DNA of 18,372 nt from Candidatus Thorarchaeota archaeon (lineage in GTDB: Archaea; Asgardarchaeota; Thorarchaeia; Thorarchaeales; Thorarchaeaceae). The position numbers and the translations under genes were made by a program. Location: contig JBHLRP010000016.1 in NCBI GenBank assembly GCA_048882485.1, positions 1 to 18,372 of the forward strand. Reading direction: 5' to 3'. The notes beneath the pieces were generated by a model. That model ran no database searches, was not told the DNA's origin, and was given only the letters and a program-made list of their open reading frames with translations. Shown here in pieces: positions 11,301-17,300 of the stretch; position 1 is the stretch's first letter; every line of letters begins with the position of its first letter.

Positions 11301-14300
11301 TCCCAAATGACATCCTGGAAGTTACCATTCTGGTTGACGGAAGATATTCCATAGTCCGATTCCATCGCATTTGTGAGATTGGCAAAGTATCTCCAGGAAC
11401 CTACGCCTGCTTTTGTCCTTGGCAACTCGAACCTCAGTTCCACCACGTCCCAGGTCATCTGGACTCCATCCATGAAGATTGTATCCGAGGAACCCAGCAA
11501 ATGGCCGTCATATTCCAACTGAGCTGTGATCCTCAATTCTGCTATAGAATTGATATTCACTCTGCTATCATTGACAGTAGTTGATGTGATCAAGATTCGG
11601 TCCCAGATTATTGATGTGTCGAATGTAGTCTGAGTCCAAGCCGTCAGCTCATAGGATGTTTCCAACGCGGAAAGAATAGCATATTGCTGGAGCTCGACTC
11701 CTGCCTTTGATTCAGAGTATATCCAGTAAGTACCATTCCAGACCAGAAGTTTGGAGCCTGTGAGCTGCGCTGTCAATCCTGACGTGATTGACACGTCATC
11801 ATAGTCATAGCGCGCTGTCCAATAGGTGGTTCCGGTGGATCCAGCATCAATTCGTCCATCATCTACTCCTGACAAGTAGAACTCAATACGATCTGAGATG
11901 AATGTGCCTGTAGCTGATGCGGTATAGTATAAGTCCGCTCCTGAAGGGCCATCTCCTTCAGCCACCACCTTGAAAGCGTAAGTGTTTACCCGAACCGAGG
12001 ATGACGACCCAATACCTGTTGCTGCTAGCACTCCAAGACCATCCACATTTCCTGACCAAGAACCAGAGATGTCGTGCAAGACCCAAAAGTCCGTTTCATT
12101 TGCCAAGGGGAAGAGTGCTGAAGAATAATAAGTCAAAGCTCCTGTAGCCACTAGGTCAGCGGTATCTACGTTCCCACGATCATCATCTAGACTTGGCAAG
12201 GTTGAATAATCCAAACGAGTTTCTATATCCCAATCAGATTCATACCAATCACTTGCCGTAGAAAATGTATTACTAACGAATTGCTTGGTATCAACATCTA
12301 CAATGTCAGGATGATTCCATGAGATTTTGATATACCATGTGATGTTCAGCCATATGCCAGACTGCTCATAGGTGCAAGGTCCCAAAGCAATGTACATTGA
12401 CCCATTCGTGACAGAGAATGAGGAATTACTTCTGACGAATGTGACAGTCCAGTAGTTAGTTCCTCTGTCATCACTAAAGAGAAGGAGGCGTATGAGTCGG
12501 ATATCTTGATAGCCGTTCTGATCCGAAGCATTTGAAGTGATTTTATAGTAGCGTAGTCGTGCATACATGTTGTCAGTATCATCGGGATTGAGCAGGTTTG
12601 GTGGGGCTTCATTGACGGGAACTATTGGAATATATGATGTCCAATTGACGAGCTCAGTGTTTGTGATGAACAGAGTGATGTCATACAAGGTTTCCGAAAC
12701 AACCAAGGATGCATTGTATAGGTAGACCAAATCACTATTCGTGTCATTGAATAGCGTCGCATTCAGATATGTGAATGCCAACCAGTCAGTGTTATTCCTT
12801 GCACAGATTATCTCGTACGTGGTGCATTCTGTTCCATCAGACTCAAAGCTGACACTGAGTGTAAAATTGACCTGCTGTTCGCTTAGAACCAGCTCGGCAT
12901 CTGCCTGGATGTCAATCAACAGTCGATCCCAAATGACATCCAAGATGTTCGAATCCAGGTTTACAACAGAAATGCCGAAGTCAGTTTCGTTGGCATTGGT
13001 TGAGTTCACGAAGTATTTCCGCAGACCCACGGAAGATTGGGAAGTGCTATGAACGAAGGCGCTTTGAGGTGCACTCCAGACCATGGATAAATCCTCCATA
13101 TAGAGAGTATCTCCAGAACCAAGAAAGTGGTCTCCATTTCCAGTATACTCCAGTTTCGCAGTGACCTGTAGTTCAACTGTATCTCCGACATTGACTCGAG
13201 AATCATCAGCTGCTATCGAGAGGATGAGTATCCTGTCCCAAATGACTTCAACGCTCAATGAATTCAGATCAACTTCACTTATCTCATAGGTAGTTTCAAG
13301 GCTGGAATTGACAAAGAAGGTCCATTTTCCAACTGTTGTGAACGCCAAGTCGAGGATGAAATGACTATTCCCTCCATCCCACGTCATAGCTGAATCGTTG
13401 ACGAATACAGAGTCCCCACTACCAAGATTTGTGTGGTCAAACTCGAGCCATAATGTTACTTGGATCTGGGCAGTCGAACCTACATCTAGGTGGTTGATGT
13501 CAACGTTGGTAGTTTGGACGGTTATTTTGTCCCAGATGATGCTAGTATTGGCTGCTGTCTGAATGAATCGTGTAAGACCGTATGTCGACTCGGAAGCACT
13601 CAATACTCCATATCCCATTGATTGGACTGTGGAAAATGATTCAGAGTAGTCCCACCTAGTAGTGACACCATTCCAAGAAAGCGCCTTGCTACCATTCAGT
13701 GACGCGCTGAGTCCGGTGGTGATCTCAAACTGGTCGTAGGCGTACCTTGCTCTCCACCATGTAGTACCGACCGCATCGATATTGATTCTGCCGTCTTCAA
13801 CACCGGATGAAAAGAACTCAATCTCATCCCATATAATCGATACATTGGAAGCTGTTTGAACCCATGCTGTTAGACCATAGGTTGTTTCAGAGGCAGAAGC
13901 AATCCCATACCCTACAAGTTGCACAGAGTTTTTTGTTTCAGAGTAGTCCCAACGAAGGTCAGAAGAGTTCCAATTGAGTGCTTTAGAGCCATTCATTGAT
14001 GCAGTAAGAATGGCTCCTGTTATCTCAATTCTATCATATTCATACCTTGCGTTCCAGTAGACGAAGTCACTATCATCTACATCAACCCGGCCATCAACTA
14101 CCCCGCTCTGATAGAACTCTATCCTGTCCCAAATCTGGCTAACACTATTGCCGTCGAGGAATAGAGCCGAAATCCCATAGGTTGCCTCATCCGCATTTGA
14201 GGAGTTGACATAGAAATCCCAAATTCCAACCATAAAGAATTGAGGCTGAAGTCGGAAGTACGAGCCAGCCCAAGTCATCACGGTGTCGTTCATGTATAAG

Positions 14301-17300
14301 ATATCAGCAACACCTAGAGGATGGCCATCGAATTGCAATTCCGCTGTAACTCGCAAGTCCGCCGACGACCCGAAGTCAATTCTGCCATCTTGCGTTGTAG
14401 TTGTAACAATCACAATTCGATCCCATATTTGATCGACTTCCGCACCCGCAACATTGACCACCGTTATCTGAAATGTATCTTCCAAAGCTCCAGTAGAATT
14501 CACATAGAACTTCCACTCGCCCACCTGAGAGAACTGAGGTTGCAGTCGGAAATATGGGCCCACCCATGTGAGCCCTGTAGTGTTCATGAAAAGATTATCA
14601 CCCAATCCAAGTGGATGGCCATCATACTCTAGCTCAGCTGTGACTCTCAGATCTGCAGCTGCATTAGTATCGATTCGTGAGTCTTGAGAGGTAGTACTCG
14701 TTATGAGAATGCGGTCCCAAATCACATTCGCTGAAATTGGGTTGGATTGCACGAGGGTTATTCCAGAATCTGTTTCCAGAGCCCCGGATGCATTCACATA
14801 GTACCTGAGTAACCCAACTATAGAGTAGGAGCCAGTTTCGAGGTAGAAGTGATCCGTATCCCATGTCATCACAGTATCATTCATTCGCAATGCGTCGCCA
14901 CTGCCCAAGAAGGTGCCATCATACTCGAGTTGAGCTGTGACATTAACTGTGGTGCTTGTACCATAGTCGATTCGACCGTCAGAAGCCACTGTGGTGATAA
15001 TCAGAATACGGTCCCAGATTTGGTCTATCTGCCGCCCGTCAATATTGACCACAGCAATATCGTAAGTATTCTCCATTGCTCCAGTTTCATTGACAAAGAA
15101 TGTCCACAGCCCTACCTGCGTGAACAGAGGCTGAAGCCTGAAGTAAGGACCAACCCAAGTCATAGCCGTGCCGTTCATGTAGAGAGTATCTCCCACGCCA
15201 AGGAGATGGCCGTCGTATTCCAACTCTGCAGTCATCCTAATGTCTGCAGTTGTCCCATAGTCAATTCTTCCATCCTGCGTGGTGGTTGTGATAATCCGTA
15301 TGCGATCCCAAATGATTGTTGTATTGCTTGCTGTCTGCACCCAGCCAGCGAGTCCGTGTGTAGCGTCGTAGGCTGAGGCTACTGAATATCCAATCGCCTG
15401 AACCGTACTCATAGTTTCTTGAAATGTCCAATATGAGCCATTCCACGAAAGAGTCTTAGTGCCATTTAGCGCCGCGCTCAGTCCGCCAGTTATTGAGAGA
15501 GAGTCGTACTGATATCTGACACTCCACCAAGTGACACCACTCGAGTCGACGTCAATTCTGGAATCGTCTACTCCAGACTGATAGAATTCGATTCTATCAG
15601 CGATATATGTGTCAGCAATGCTCGAGAAAAGAAGATCAGTACCCCCAAATCCTGCACCCTCCTGAACAACCTTGACTGTGTAAGTGTCTTGGCCAACTTC
15701 ATCATCTGCGTAGCAGGTAACATTGAAGAGCCCTGAAACAAGAGATGAATCAGGCCAAGGCCCTAAACTGGTTCCATACTCAGGGCAAGAAACCCACACA
15801 TCCACTTCCGACGATGGGGGAGTGATAGCTGAACCATGGTATGTAACAGTGCCAGTGGTGAAGAACTGACTATCGAGATCCCCTCTATCTATCGTGCCTA
15901 AATTATCATCAGTGGCTATGCCCGCTATGTCCAGCCGAGTTTCTATGTCCCAGTCGACTTCATACCAGTTCGTGTCATTCTCTGATTTACTATCAACGAC
16001 GACACACTCAACATCACTTCCTGTGATATCTGGATGGATCCATTCAATTGAGACTTGGAATGTAATATCAATATCATTCCCCGCTTTCATGGCAGTTGAA
16101 GAAACAGTATCAAGAGTGATGTAGTTTGCTGGATCGGAGAACTCAGCAAAGCTATCAGTGTCCTCATTATACTCGATTGTCCAGTAGAGTGTGAATCTGT
16201 CGTCTGAGTATAGAGAGAGCCGCATGCTTTGGATGTCACCATACCCGTCTTGGTCAGAAACATTTGCAGCTATTAGATAGTCCCTGGCCTTGGCATACAT
16301 GTGGCTACCATCATCAATGTTGCCTACCGAGGGCTTTTGATCGTTCGATGGAATATTGTTCCAAGTGTGAAGAAGAGTTGCATCAATGGACCATTGTGAT
16401 GACACCGCATCGCCTGCTTCCAGCCCGCCCTTGAACCTGATGGTGAATGTTGCAGACGTTAGCCAGGTTTCCACGCTTATGTTGTTCCATGAGTCTGCCT
16501 GCAAGTCAGCGAAAAGACTGACCCAGGTAAGCCCATCCCAGACTTCAACTGCTATGTCTTCTGAATCGGCATTCCCTGCATAGATGCAAAGAAACTCATT
16601 ATTATTATCAAATTCAGCTGCAGTCCATTGAACCTCCAAGTCTAGTTCATAGTTGTAGGTTTGATCTGTCCATGTATGAAGAGTAATGAGATCTATCTCC
16701 CAAAGTCCTTGCTCTGCATCACTTGTGTTATCTGCACCCTGGAGCCTGACGGTGTAGCTGACTGAATCAAGGCCTGTGGCGGTAAGATTGGTCCAGCCGA
16801 TCGAGGTAATCGTTCCCAAGCTGAGCCAGCCGACTCCATTCCAATAGCTGACATTAAGACCCTCAGTCCCAGAAATCGATCCAATGTTGATACAGACTTC
16901 CTCATTGACTTCATCATTGTCTGCTCCACTCCAGGCGTATTCGAGATCAGCCTCATAATTGACGACTTTTGGAGAGCTAACGCCAATCCGTAGATGATCA
17001 ACGTAGGCATAGTCTGCGCCACCTGTCTTATAGAATACCAGCCTAATGCGAAGCGAATTGACTTGTTGTTGAGAGAGAGTGCCTACTATCGTCAGGTTGT
17101 CGTATTGCCTGGCTGTATGCTGCGCGACTCTGCCCAGCAAAGTGCCGACTCCTCCGGTGGTATCATAATAGACATCAAATCCATCATCCGCCGCACCATC
17201 CAGATTCCAACAGTACAATGACACATTTACAGTGAGGGCTCCCGACAATGTCGTATTAGGAAGTCCCCACCAGCCTCCTTGAGATCCCGGAGCCTTTGTA

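Noticed and set aside
3390-15320. Recurring rTCCCAdAT motif every ~250-300 bp as a possible CRISPR or DNA repeat array
   Set aside because: It is the reverse complement of the Ile-Trp-Asp codons, varies at synonymous positions, and the spacing matches protein domains.
9230-15595. Intramolecular Thr-Gln ester bonds (Cpe0147-type), suggested by first-strand TTT and last-strand QIWD
   Set aside because: The catalytic HxDxxD motif before the Gln is absent, and the Gln occurs in only some repeats.
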